Origin: an uncultured archaeon
Lineage (GTDB): Archaea; Thermoproteota; EX4484-205; JAAOZP01
Length of the DNA stretch: 64,000 nt
Assembly: GCA_938045545.1 (NCBI GenBank)
Contig: CALIBN010000007.1
Span: 88,421 to 152,420 of the forward strand
Direction: 5' to 3'
The translations under genes and the position numbers were made by a program. The notes under the pieces were generated by a model, which did no database searches, was not told the origin of the DNA, and was given only the letters and a program-made list of their open reading frames with translations. Every line of letters starts with the position of its first letter. Within the stretch, counting starts at the first letter, position 1. Below, piece after piece: positions 17,574-27,438 of this stretch.

Positions 17574-19670
17574 ATGGTGAAAGGCATGAGTGAGGAAAAA
17601 GAATTCCTCCTCGGCAAATTTTTGAAGTCTCGAGGATTCATAGTTGGCCTAGTAATCTCCATAGTGATGATGCTAATACAGCTTTCAATAGACTGGACCA
17701 ACGTTAATCTGACGCTGTGGGGTATGAATGCTGGCGCATTTCTAGTCCTATTTGTGCTGGCAATACTTGGCTACTTTCTCAGTTCCCTGAGGCTCAGGGC
17801 AGACGAATACGCTATCGTTTTCGCCATGGTGACGGTGAGCCTTGGCTTCGCCTGGTCTGTAGCCGTACCATTTTCAATATCGATTTTCAACACAGCTTGG
17901 GAAAAACAATGGTGGTACATGGGATACTGGGTGTCCACAATACCGGGAGCCCTGGAGATGAGCCCCCTTTTCGGAGTAAAGGACGCAGAGGCGGCTTTAG
18001 CTGCTTTCACCGGGGGAACCTCTGTTCCTTGGGCGGCTTGGGCGCCTGCGTTAGGCTACTGGATCGTCTTCACGATAGTCTTGGTAGTATTCATGATTTC
18101 AATGGGGATGATACTTCGGAAACTATGGATAGACATTGAGAAACTTCCGTTCCCATATTTGAACATTACTAATGAGCTTATCAATTTGGGTCTTGGCGTA
18201 ACCGAGAAGCCCCGCGTGAAAAAGATACTGATAGGCATACTCATAGGCTTTCTACTAATGCTCGGGAACCTAATAGATGCCTTGGCACCCGGGAGAGGAT
18301 GGAACCTGTGGCAGACCTACCACATTGAAGCCTTGGAGGTCGCATTGCCCAATTCAAGCTGGTTCTTCAGCGTTTCACCATCTCAGCTAAGCTTATGGTA
18401 TCTCGCACCGCTGGATGTTCTCTTCACCGCCGTAATCGCCTGGTTTATATTCGCAGACATTATTCCAGCCATATCAGCTTGGGCAGGATACGCGGCGCTG
18501 CAGGCACCTTGGGGAAGCTCCGGGGGAGCATGGCACAACATGGCTTCAGGCGCTATCGCACCTGTTTCCGGCGGTATGATCGGATGGGGCGCGATGATCG
18601 GCTTAGGCCTCTGGCTTCTCGTCTACGCAAGGAAATACATTGTTTCCACGCTTAAAAACGCGTTTGGCAAGAAGGTGCTGGACGAGTCTAACGAGCCGTT
18701 CTCGTACAGAACTCTCTGGCTGGCCTTCATAGTTTCAATCGTGCTGCTCATAGTGCTCATGGTCGCCGTCTACATTCCAGTCTGGGCAGCAGGTATAATC
18801 GTAGTATATACTTGTCTCCAGTATGTTGCGACATCCAGGATCCGTGGTGAAAGCATAGCGAAGGGTGACATTCCCTGGGAATCACAGGAGGTTTTGGCCA
18901 CGCTATTGTCTCAAGCAGGCCTCTACTCGCTCGTCGGACCCCAAGCATCGGCAGCGTCTCAAGCTGCATACGGGCCAGGTGCCTACACGGCTTGGAACAT
19001 GGGTTACGTGGTGACTGGGCACTACACGTGGTACTGGGGCGGCGCGGGCACGCCTCAGAGCGCTCAGCTTGAAGCCTTCAAATTGGCGACTTTAACCAAA
19101 ACACATAACAGGGCTATGGCTATTTCAACCATTGTGGCCATGGTCCTCGCTGTCCTCATATGTCTCCCGCTGTGGCTGGTCTTCACGTACATGATTGGGA
19201 TTGACAAGGGCTTCGGGCATGGCGGCACCCTCTACAGCCAGTGGGTCAGCCCAGCATGGTGGAGTCAAGAAGCCATTTTTAACGCTGCTTTTAACCAAGC
19301 TCAAGGCTGTTCCTGGTTTAACTGGAACAAGGACCTGCTGGGACTTGAGCTGGCGAACTGGGCTGCAGGCTTCTTCCTCGCCGGAGTTCTTCTCTGGGCT
19401 AGGGTTGCATTCGCCCGGTTTCCATTGAATCCGGTGGGTCTCATCATAGGCTTGTGCCAGCCTGCACACTGGCTTTGGGGCTACCTTCTTGTCGCATGGG
19501 TTTTGAAGTTTATAACGTTTAGAATAGGCGGCTCAAAGCTCTATGAAGAAAAAGGCGTGCCGCTGGCGATAGGGATATTCCTAGGCTCATTCATAGTATC
19601 CATAATTACCGACATATTCCTGCCGGTTGCACAAGCAGGAATAGAATGGGCTCCTGCTGTTCCAGGTTGA
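17574..19670 (+). CDS. DUF6785/DUF6784-type (OPT-like) polytopic membrane protein; likely start 17586
   Basis: Many TM helices; SVPWAAWAP, LRKLWIDIEKLPFP, SRIRGE, FPLNPVG, RIGGSKLYEEKGVPLAIGIFLG. Confidence 0.75.
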   Translation: MVKGMSEEKEFLLGKFLKSRGFIVGLVISIVMMLIQLSIDWTNVNLTLWGMNAGAFLVLFVLAILGYFLSSLRLRADEYAIVFAMVTVSLGFAWSVAVPFSISIFNTAWEKQWWYMGYWVSTIPGALEMSPLFGVKDAEAALAAFTGGTSVPWAAWAPALGYWIVFTIVLVVFMISMGMILRKLWIDIEKLPFPYLNITNELINLGLGVTEKPRVKKILIGILIGFLLMLGNLIDALAPGRGWNLWQTYHIEALEVALPNSSWFFSVSPSQLSLWYLAPLDVLFTAVIAWFIFADIIPAISAWAGYAALQAPWGSSGGAWHNMASGAIAPVSGGMIGWGAMIGLGLWLLVYARKYIVSTLKNAFGKKVLDESNEPFSYRTLWLAFIVSIVLLIVLMVAVYIPVWAAGIIVVYTCLQYVATSRIRGESIAKGDIPWESQEVLATLLSQAGLYSLVGPQASAASQAAYGPGAYTAWNMGYVVTGHYTWYWGGAGTPQSAQLEAFKLATLTKTHNRAMAISTIVAMVLAVLICLPLWLVFTYMIGIDKGFGHGGTLYSQWVSPAWWSQEAIFNAAFNQAQGCSWFNWNKDLLGLELANWAAGFFLAGVLLWARVAFARFPLNPVGLIIGLCQPAHWLWGYLLVAWVLKFITFRIGGSKLYEEKGVPLAIGIFLGSFIVSIITDIFLPVAQAGIEWAPAVPG

Positions 19671-19700
19671 TATTTCCCCCTTTTTTCTATACTTTTTTAA
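19671..19700 (+). terminator. Archaeal oligo-T terminator-like tract
   Basis: TATTTCCCCCTTTTTTCTATACTTTTTT immediately after the stop codon. Confidence 0.5.
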
Positions 19701-19729
19701 ACAGGATTAGGCATGAAGGTGAGTAGGGA

Positions 19730-22700
19730 ATGCCTCTGCAGAGAAAAATCCTGCTTCGAAGAATATTGAGAGTAAAGCTTAATCAGCTGCCGATTATCTT
19801 CTTCTTATGCTCAACGATCGTTTTTAACGCTGTTTATAAAGTGGAGGCAGACGGCCTGCAGGCCTTTAAAAATGGCGATATTTTAAACACCATTAACGTA
19901 GACGCTATTCGCGGGCACGTAAAGTATCTATCCGGCCTAGGATGCAGGACTCCCGGTCACCCGGGCTATGAAGCCGCTGCGAAGTACATCTATGAAAACT
20001 TCGTGAAAACTGGTCTTAAACCGGGTCCTTACGGTTACTTTGAAAACTTCACGGTTCTAGTCCCCGTGGTTCACGAGGCAAGGGTTCAAGTATTATCCCC
20101 GTTCCAGTTTACTCTTGACAATGTTTTAACAATGTACCCGATGGGTCTAAACCCGGGTGTGACTCCCCCGGAGGGTATTGAGGGGAGGCTGGTCTACGTT
20201 GGGAAAGCATCCCTGTCGGAGCTTGATGGAAAAAACCTTAATGACACGATAGTGCTTGTGGACTATGAAAACAGCGGGAATTGGATTCGCACGGTGATGT
20301 TTGGTGCTAAAGCAGTGCTGTTCGTTGAACCCGAAGCCTATAATAACGTTCAAAGTTCTTTAAACGCTAGGCTTCCGGATGCACCTCGATTAGCTTTCAG
20401 GGGAGGAGTCAACTACCTAGGCATCCCGCTAAATATTCCTAGGCTTGTGGTTTCAAGAAGGGATGCGGAGAATCTGATCGATCTTCAGGCAAGCGGTGAG
20501 GTTAAAGTAAGAATTAGGCTGAATGCTTCCTGGGAGGAAAAGCCAGCTTGGAATATTTTAGGCGTAATACCTGGAAGGAGAGAAGAGGTTGTGATTTTAA
20601 GCGCATACTATGATTCACAATCATACGTAGTTGGGATGGCTCCTGGAGCAGATGAGGCCATAGGCATTGCGACGATCATGGAGCTGGCTTCCTGCTTTAA
20701 GGATAATCCCCCGGAGAGAACCGTATGGTTTCTTGCTATAGGCTCTCACTACGGAGGGTTAAAGGGCTCTAGAGATTTTGTGGAACGGCACTTCGAGGAA
20801 ACGGGCAAGAAGATCAGCATGTGGATAAACTTCGATCTGGCTTCCGACGTGAGCGATCTAGGAGTGTTCTTCTGCGGGTACAACTATTATTTCGAAGCCT
20901 CCCTCTTAAGGTATACTTGGCTCCGTGATAGATTATTCGGGTCGCGGTCCGAGGTGAAGAATATCCTGCAGAACCTGGGCCTCGACATAAATGTTGAAGA
21001 CGGTTTACGCGTGAGGGAATGGAGAACATACTTGCCAACTAACCTTGCTTTCGACCATGAACCGTATGTTGTGGCGGGAGGAGTCGGCATAACAGTAGCT
21101 ACCGCAAATTCTTTCAGAACCTTCCGCTCCACGCCTTCTGACACCTATGAGAATAGTCTCGGCTCTCAGAGAAGGTTTGAAAACACTAGGAAACAGGTTA
21201 GGTTTATTGCAGCCTTAGCATCAAGCCTGATAAACGGTCCTGACTTCGGAAGCAAGGGCATTGGGCCAACGAGGTACGCTTTACAGCCAAATGCAGGCGG
21301 GTTCGTTACTTTAACTGGGAAAGTTGTTACATATGATTATGCGAAGGGATGGTTTAAGGAGGTGCCTCACGCACTGGTTTCAGTCCGCCTGTCTTATATG
21401 GAAGGAGGGTATTCTCCACATTTCTACTCTTTATGTAAAACGGATGAGAACGGCGTTTTTGTGGTTCACGGACTGCCTTCAGAGACAACCTATACGGGTG
21501 CGCAACAGCTGGGCGTGGGAGTTGCTGAGGTCGCGGTTCCAAAAGTTATTGTTGAGGCATTCGTCTTCAACGATAATGGAAGCATTATGTATGCCCCAGA
21601 GCTGTGGCAGCAAAGATCCGACGTATACCCTATTTCTTTCCAGGTTGACAGTGGGCGTATCGGGACCCCGGATGCACCCCGCTATTTTCCAGTCTTCCCA
21701 TGCGGCTCAATAGTCTTATTCAACCTTGTTCCGCCGGTAAACCTGCTCGGGAGCATCTCTATTCTAGATTCGCGTGGTCACACTCCACCTACTTCCTACG
21801 GCTATGTTCGCGACAGCTTCATTGAGGGCGAAGACATAACTATGATATTTGTCCCCGAAGACGTGCCTATTGAGGTTATAGCCTACAGCCCGGGAATACC
21901 TTTTCCCCAGGGAGTTTTGAAAAGTATTACTGAAGAGAATCGCGAGGGGCGAGGCTTCTCGGTTAAACAGGGTGAGACGTTAATCATCCTAGCCACTCCT
22001 TTAAGGCTTGTTAAGGATTTTCATCTTTTGAACAAGTATAGGCTTGACTTGGCGTCAAGCTACTTGGCTGCGAGCGCTCCCGCCTTAGAGTTCTCCAAAA
22101 ATACGGGTAGTCTGTTAAACGAGGCTTCAAGATGTTTCTCGGCTGAAGCCAGGTTTAATTATTCTCGCCTCGTTTACGCTACTTATGCTGCTTGGCAGAG
22201 CGAGATAAACGCTTACATGTTTACTAGGGGCCTAATTTTTGAAATAATTTCGTCAACCCTGTTCTTTTTCATACTTTTAGTTCCGTTTTCAATACTCTTT
22301 GTCGAACTCGTGTTCTCGCCGAGAAGCGGCCTGCAGAGAATATCATATGCGTGCGGGGCCTTCGCGCTTTTTACATTTCTGCTCTACTGGTTTCACCCTG
22401 GTTTCCACTTGGCGACAAACATCTATATAATGCTGGTTGGCATAGCGATCCTGGTTTTCGTCACCCCCGTCATAGGAATACTGTGGGGCAGAATATCAGG
22501 CTTTATCAAAGCGTTTAGAGAAGAGATAATCGGCAAACATTTCGCCGAGATAAGCCGGTTCGGTGCAGTTCTCATAGCTTTCTCAATGGGCATATCTAAC
22601 ATGAGGAAGAGAAGGCTGCGGACTACTCTTACGCTTGTAACAATCACGTTGATAGTGTTCTCCCTTATTTCGCTAACATCCATATACTTGATATCAATAG

Positions 22701-24292
22701 TCAGAACCATTCCGAAACCCGGGAAAACCTACTATGACGGAATACTAATAAGTGAATTCAGGTACCTGCCATCATATCTGGAGGGCCTTCTCAAAACGGA
22801 GATAGGAGACGAAGCAGTGATATGTCCAAGAAGCTGGATCTATACTTCCAGCGGCTACGTGTCAGTCTTGGGAGGGCAGGTTCCGGGGGCGAAGATAAAG
22901 GTTACTAAGATCACGGGTAACCTGTCTGAAACGCAATACGTCTTCTCCGCTTTGCTTGCAGTCGTGCCGGAGGACCCTATCTTCGAGCAGGGCATTACTC
23001 TTCCTGGTTCCTATGGGCTACTCGGTTCTTACACGACCATAATACCGAGGGAGGCTGCAGATGCCTGCGGCTGGAGAATAGGCGATATAATTTATGTTGG
23101 CGAAGCCAATCTGACTATCGTCGGAATATTCGACTCTTCCATTCTCAACAGCCTAGTGGATTTAAACCTGCACAAGGTGACGCCCATCAACTGGGGTGTC
23201 CAATGGGCAGGCGGCATTCAGCATATTCCCGCCCAATCCGTGCTTATAGTTCCGTACTCGCTTGCAGAAAGGTTAGGCTATCCTCCGATGCAGATAGTCG
23301 CTAAATTCCGTAATCAAAGCAGGGTTTTCGAATTTGCCCAAAGCCTGTCTAACAGGCTGCCGTTTGTCGTTTACGCTAGCGCCGGGGGCCAGAGGGCCAA
23401 TTTCCAGCAGCAAGCATGGTTCTCGCTCAGAGGAATAGAGCACCTTGTTTTCCCGATTGTCATTGCAGCTCTGGCAATCTTGGATGCGATGCTGGCCAAC
23501 GTGTATGAACGTGTTAGAGAGATCGGTATTTTTAGCTCACTGGGGCTCTCGCCCCTGCATGTTGCCGGTCTCTTTCTGTCGGAAGCGTTAGTATATTCTG
23601 TTGTTGCTGCAGTCCTAGGGTATGTTGTAGGACTTGTGGGAACTAATATCCTCTATATGTTTCAATTAATGCCGAAGGACTTTTACCCTAACTTCTCCTC
23701 AACGATCGTAATTTTAACAGTTTCAATATCGATATTAACAACGATAGCGTCCTCCGTCTATCCTGTTATGAAGGCTTCAAGGCTGGTCACGCCCTCGGTG
23801 GAAAGGGTTTGGAGGCTTAAAACCAAGCCTCAGGGCGACGTCTGGGACATACCGTTACCCTTCACCTCCTCGCCTGAGGAAACCGACGGAATCATAATGT
23901 TTTTAGTCGAGTTTTTCAAGGCTTTCACAACGGCTGAGGTGGGCGCCTTTAGAACGGACAATCTCACATTGTCTGAAAAGGTTGAAGAAGGGGCTGTTGA
24001 GAAGATCATAATCGTTGACACCACTCTGCCTCCTTTCGACATGGGGATCTCGCAGAGGGCTGAAATACTGATTCGTAAAGATGCTGGCGAAACCAATTTC
24101 AAATACGCTCTTCGTCTAAATAGAAAATCCGGTACGCTTTACATGTGGCAGAAAGCAGGATACAGGTTTGTAGACAGTCTCCGCAAACAACTACTCATTT
24201 GGAGGACCCTTCCCGCGGCAGACAAGCTGGAAGTGATTAAGAAAGCCTGCGAAATACGAGAGACATTTAAGGAGGCGAGGAACCATGAGTAG
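19730..24292 (+). CDS. Signal peptide + PA/M28-like ectodomain + beta-sandwich + MacB/FtsX-type permease fusion (1520 aa)
   Basis: RTPGHPGYEAAAKYI, GIEGRLVYVG (PA), NILGVIPG...SAYYDS...PGADE (M28 fold), KTDENGVFVVHGLP, TM block, RRLRTTLTLVTI, NVYERVREIGIFSSLGLSP (FtsX). Confidence 0.85.
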   Translation: MPLQRKILLRRILRVKLNQLPIIFFLCSTIVFNAVYKVEADGLQAFKNGDILNTINVDAIRGHVKYLSGLGCRTPGHPGYEAAAKYIYENFVKTGLKPGPYGYFENFTVLVPVVHEARVQVLSPFQFTLDNVLTMYPMGLNPGVTPPEGIEGRLVYVGKASLSELDGKNLNDTIVLVDYENSGNWIRTVMFGAKAVLFVEPEAYNNVQSSLNARLPDAPRLAFRGGVNYLGIPLNIPRLVVSRRDAENLIDLQASGEVKVRIRLNASWEEKPAWNILGVIPGRREEVVILSAYYDSQSYVVGMAPGADEAIGIATIMELASCFKDNPPERTVWFLAIGSHYGGLKGSRDFVERHFEETGKKISMWINFDLASDVSDLGVFFCGYNYYFEASLLRYTWLRDRLFGSRSEVKNILQNLGLDINVEDGLRVREWRTYLPTNLAFDHEPYVVAGGVGITVATANSFRTFRSTPSDTYENSLGSQRRFENTRKQVRFIAALASSLINGPDFGSKGIGPTRYALQPNAGGFVTLTGKVVTYDYAKGWFKEVPHALVSVRLSYMEGGYSPHFYSLCKTDENGVFVVHGLPSETTYTGAQQLGVGVAEVAVPKVIVEAFVFNDNGSIMYAPELWQQRSDVYPISFQVDSGRIGTPDAPRYFPVFPCGSIVLFNLVPPVNLLGSISILDSRGHTPPTSYGYVRDSFIEGEDITMIFVPEDVPIEVIAYSPGIPFPQGVLKSITEENREGRGFSVKQGETLIILATPLRLVKDFHLLNKYRLDLASSYLAASAPALEFSKNTGSLLNEASRCFSAEARFNYSRLVYATYAAWQSEINAYMFTRGLIFEIISSTLFFFILLVPFSILFVELVFSPRSGLQRISYACGAFALFTFLLYWFHPGFHLATNIYIMLVGIAILVFVTPVIGILWGRISGFIKAFREEIIGKHFAEISRFGAVLIAFSMGISNMRKRRLRTTLTLVTITLIVFSLISLTSIYLISIVRTIPKPGKTYYDGILISEFRYLPSYLEGLLKTEIGDEAVICPRSWIYTSSGYVSVLGGQVPGAKIKVTKITGNLSETQYVFSALLAVVPEDPIFEQGITLPGSYGLLGSYTTIIPREAADACGWRIGDIIYVGEANLTIVGIFDSSILNSLVDLNLHKVTPINWGVQWAGGIQHIPAQSVLIVPYSLAERLGYPPMQIVAKFRNQSRVFEFAQSLSNRLPFVVYASAGGQRANFQQQAWFSLRGIEHLVFPIVIAALAILDAMLANVYERVREIGIFSSLGLSPLHVAGLFLSEALVYSVVAAVLGYVVGLVGTNILYMFQLMPKDFYPNFSSTIVILTVSISILTTIASSVYPVMKASRLVTPSVERVWRLKTKPQGDVWDIPLPFTSSPEETDGIIMFLVEFFKAFTTAEVGAFRTDNLTLSEKVEEGAVEKIIIVDTTLPPFDMGISQRAEILIRKDAGETNFKYALRLNRKSGTLYMWQKAGYRFVDSLRKQLLIWRTLPAADKLEVIKKACEIRETFKEARNHE

Positions 24293-26162
24293 CGTTAAAG
24301 GCGTCTCAGGGTTAACCTGGAGGTCCTTCCTAGTGATACTCTATGGCATAGTGGTTCTTTTGCCGGCGGCAATATGGTACCAACTTTACAGCGGCGGTAA
24401 CCTTAGCTCTGGGATCCAGTATACGCTACTATTGTTTGCCGTTGAACTCGGGTTTCTGGCTGGACACCCGTTAAGCAGGCAAGAGGCATTCCTAATATGG
24501 ATGATGGGGCATCAAATCTGCTTTGAGGTTGTAAGCATCCAGTGGATATATGCAACCTGGTTTAGAACCAGCCCCTATGCCTATGGGTTGAACATACCGG
24601 ATTGGTGGGCTCCTGCTCCAGAGACAAACCTGTTTATCTACAGAACATTTTTCTCACCCAGCTTCATCACACCTATTTTCATATCTCTAGTAGGAGGGCT
24701 ACTTTGGAAACTTGCAGACATGTCTATGGCGTTCATTGCGAAAAGCATGTTCATCGAGGTCGAAGATTTGCCGTTTCCAACCGCTCAGGTCGGGGCTGAT
24801 GCAATTCTGACGCTTTCGGAGAGGACGGATCCTAGGAGAACCCGGATTTTTACACTGTCGGCGGCACTGGGCTTTGTCTACGGTCTTCTAGTCTATTTGC
24901 CGGCACTAGTGCTGGGTTATACGACGATTCCAATCCCATGGATAGACCTGACTAGCAGAATAGAGCCGTTTCTACCTGGAGCCTCGTTCGGCGTAGCGAC
25001 TGATATCATAAGCATCGTGACAGGGTTCATACTTCCGGTGAGAGTAGTCCTAACCCTGTTTGCAAGCGGAATGGCTTTCTACTTCTTCGGATGTTTCCTC
25101 ACCAGTTCCGAATCACCGTTGCCAGCCCTTAGGGGGCTGTTCAGCTATTGGTCTCCAGGCTCCTCTCTTTCAACAATATACCAGCATTCGCTTTTCGAGC
25201 TCTGGGTAAGCCCAATAATAGGCTTAGCCATAGCTGCGGGGGTCCTCCCAATATTAAGGAACCCTCAAATTTTCATTAACTCTCTGAAAAGTCTCTTGAG
25301 AATAAGGGTCGGCAAGGGTGTTGACAATTACCCATTATGGTTCCTTCTAGCACTGTTCTTCGGCTCAACCGTTGGGTCGGTTGCTCTTTTCACCTACCTG
25401 ATACCTGGTCTCCCAGTAACTTTTATACTGCTGCTTCTTGCTCTTTCCTCAGGATGGTCATTCATATACACTTTAGTGGGCACAAGATCCTATGGTATAG
25501 TTGGTTTTAAGCAGGATGTTCCATATCTTAAGGAGGGAGTATTCCTCGCATACATGGGTGCAACAGGCTTTAACGATACCAGAATATGGTTCGGCCCACT
25601 TATTATCACTACTTTCGGGGCTGATTTTTGCTACTTCATGAAGATCGGTCAACTTTGCAACACGCCTTCAAAGACCATGTATAAGACATACTTCCTGGTT
25701 TTCCCAATCGTCTGGCTGGTTGGCTTCATCTACGTGTCTGCCTTCTGGAACATCGCGCCAATGCCATCCAACGTTTACCCTGGTACGAATATTTACTGGC
25801 CTATTCAGGCTCGATGGCTCCGCCTGTTCGCTTCAGGGGGTGCGGCTGGCCTGCTCAACCCGCTTCTCGTAGCCGGCTTCTTCACGATTGGCCTAATTGT
25901 TTTCGCCGTCTCCGAGGCGACGCGCCTAGGCATTCCTGTCATAGCTTTGTCTGCAGGCACGGCGCAACCATTACCTTACTCTGTCTCCCTACTGATAGGG
26001 ATGATTATTGGAAAACTGGTTGAAAAAAGAATAGGACGAGACTTCTGGTCGCGCTACAGGAATGCGATAGTCGCCGGGATTTCCCTGGGGGTTGGCTTAA
26101 TTATAACGATTAGCGTGGCTATAGGGCTGATTTTGAAAAACATGTGGATACTTCCATACTAG
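24285..26162 (+). CDS. OPT-superfamily-like polytopic membrane protein
   Basis: GLTWRS, LSRQE, IPDWWAP, FIEVEDLPFPTAQVGA, PMPSNVYP, AIVAGISLG; overlaps the stop of the FtsX fusion. Confidence 0.75.
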   Translation: MSSVKGVSGLTWRSFLVILYGIVVLLPAAIWYQLYSGGNLSSGIQYTLLLFAVELGFLAGHPLSRQEAFLIWMMGHQICFEVVSIQWIYATWFRTSPYAYGLNIPDWWAPAPETNLFIYRTFFSPSFITPIFISLVGGLLWKLADMSMAFIAKSMFIEVEDLPFPTAQVGADAILTLSERTDPRRTRIFTLSAALGFVYGLLVYLPALVLGYTTIPIPWIDLTSRIEPFLPGASFGVATDIISIVTGFILPVRVVLTLFASGMAFYFFGCFLTSSESPLPALRGLFSYWSPGSSLSTIYQHSLFELWVSPIIGLAIAAGVLPILRNPQIFINSLKSLLRIRVGKGVDNYPLWFLLALFFGSTVGSVALFTYLIPGLPVTFILLLLALSSGWSFIYTLVGTRSYGIVGFKQDVPYLKEGVFLAYMGATGFNDTRIWFGPLIITTFGADFCYFMKIGQLCNTPSKTMYKTYFLVFPIVWLVGFIYVSAFWNIAPMPSNVYPGTNIYWPIQARWLRLFASGGAAGLLNPLLVAGFFTIGLIVFAVSEATRLGIPVIALSAGTAQPLPYSVSLLIGMIIGKLVEKRIGRDFWSRYRNAIVAGISLGVGLIITISVAIGLILKNMWILPY

Positions 26163-26248
26163 TTTTCAAGCTATCTTTTTTCTAGCCAAAACTTTCAGAA
26201 AATACTTTTAAGCCAGTTTATCGAATACATCTGCTCGTGGTGTAGACC

Positions 26249-27307
26249 ATGATTATCGGTGCATGGTTTCACCCTTCCGGTGTCAGAAGGGTTGAGAACT
26301 CGGGTTTTAGCGAGGCTGCGAAGACTGGTATTAACGCCGTCAGAACCTATAACTACGAACATTCTGAAAAAATTGCAGGAATCATTAAGAAGCTGAATAT
26401 GAGCCTGTACGCAGGGATATATGTAGATTCTGAAAATCTTCTGAAAGATTGGCATAATGAAATAAAGCAGGAACATATTCTGGGAACACATAAATTGAGC
26501 ATTCCTTTAACTGCAATATGTTTGGGAAATGAACTTAGAGAATACATGAAGGGTGAACCGCCCAACTGGAAGTTTACGGGAAGATTAGCGTTCGCGCTTT
26601 CGAACTTAATCACTGCGACTAGGAAACTTATTCAGGAATATGGATTCAATACGCCAGTTACCTACGCTATGGAAGGATTTGGTTTAGATTTTGATGGGAA
26701 GATAAAAGAATGGGTTGTGCCGATTGTCGAAGCTGTCGACATATATTCTGTTAACTGCTATCCTATGGAGGCAAAGGACTGGTTCACGCTGGATGCTTTT
26801 GAACACAATAAGAGGTTTCTTACGGATGCTAGGGAAGCTAATTTAAGACTAGCCAGGTTTGAATTTATGCTTCGCAGTCTTTTGAACGAGCTTGAAAAGT
26901 ACGATAAGCCCCTTATAATAAGCGAAACAGGTCTTCACGCTGGAGTTGGCTTTAGAGTGGTAAAGACGAAGGTAAAGGCGAAAACTAATAGCATTGAGAC
27001 GCTGGATGGAAAGAAGATAATTCCTATTCAGGATACGAATAACTTTATGAGAGTCTATTTACAATTATCTGAAGTAATAAGTCGGGTCAACAGGGATTAC
27101 TCGGGTAGAATACATGGCATATTCATATATGAGTGGAGGGACAACCCGTTTCACAGGAAAATAAAAAGTGAGAACAGCCCTGTACACGCATGTTTCGGTC
27201 TCTGTTATGTCGATGGAACTCCAAAATTCGAGATTTCTCGGGTGATGTCAATCCTGAGAGGAGAGAAAAAGAATCAAACTCTACAAATCAATGGCTTAAG
27301 CCATTAA
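26249..27307 (+). CDS. Clan GH-A (GH17-like) TIM-barrel glycoside hydrolase
   Basis: AVRTY, CLGNE (acid/base), SVNCYP, IISETG (nucleophile), IYEWRD, FGL..VDGTPK; no signal peptide. Confidence 0.7.
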   Translation: MIIGAWFHPSGVRRVENSGFSEAAKTGINAVRTYNYEHSEKIAGIIKKLNMSLYAGIYVDSENLLKDWHNEIKQEHILGTHKLSIPLTAICLGNELREYMKGEPPNWKFTGRLAFALSNLITATRKLIQEYGFNTPVTYAMEGFGLDFDGKIKEWVVPIVEAVDIYSVNCYPMEAKDWFTLDAFEHNKRFLTDAREANLRLARFEFMLRSLLNELEKYDKPLIISETGLHAGVGFRVVKTKVKAKTNSIETLDGKKIIPIQDTNNFMRVYLQLSEVISRVNRDYSGRIHGIFIYEWRDNPFHRKIKSENSPVHACFGLCYVDGTPKFEISRVMSILRGEKKNQTLQINGLSH

Positions 27308-27438
27308 TATTTAGTCCAGCTCCTCTGTAAATGCCATAAGAATAGCATGTTGATGTAAAAAGTTTTAGACTCTGAAGACTCTAGATTTTTCAAAAGTTTA
27401 TATCCACTAGTTTAGCGAGGAGTCTGAAGCCAGTCATT

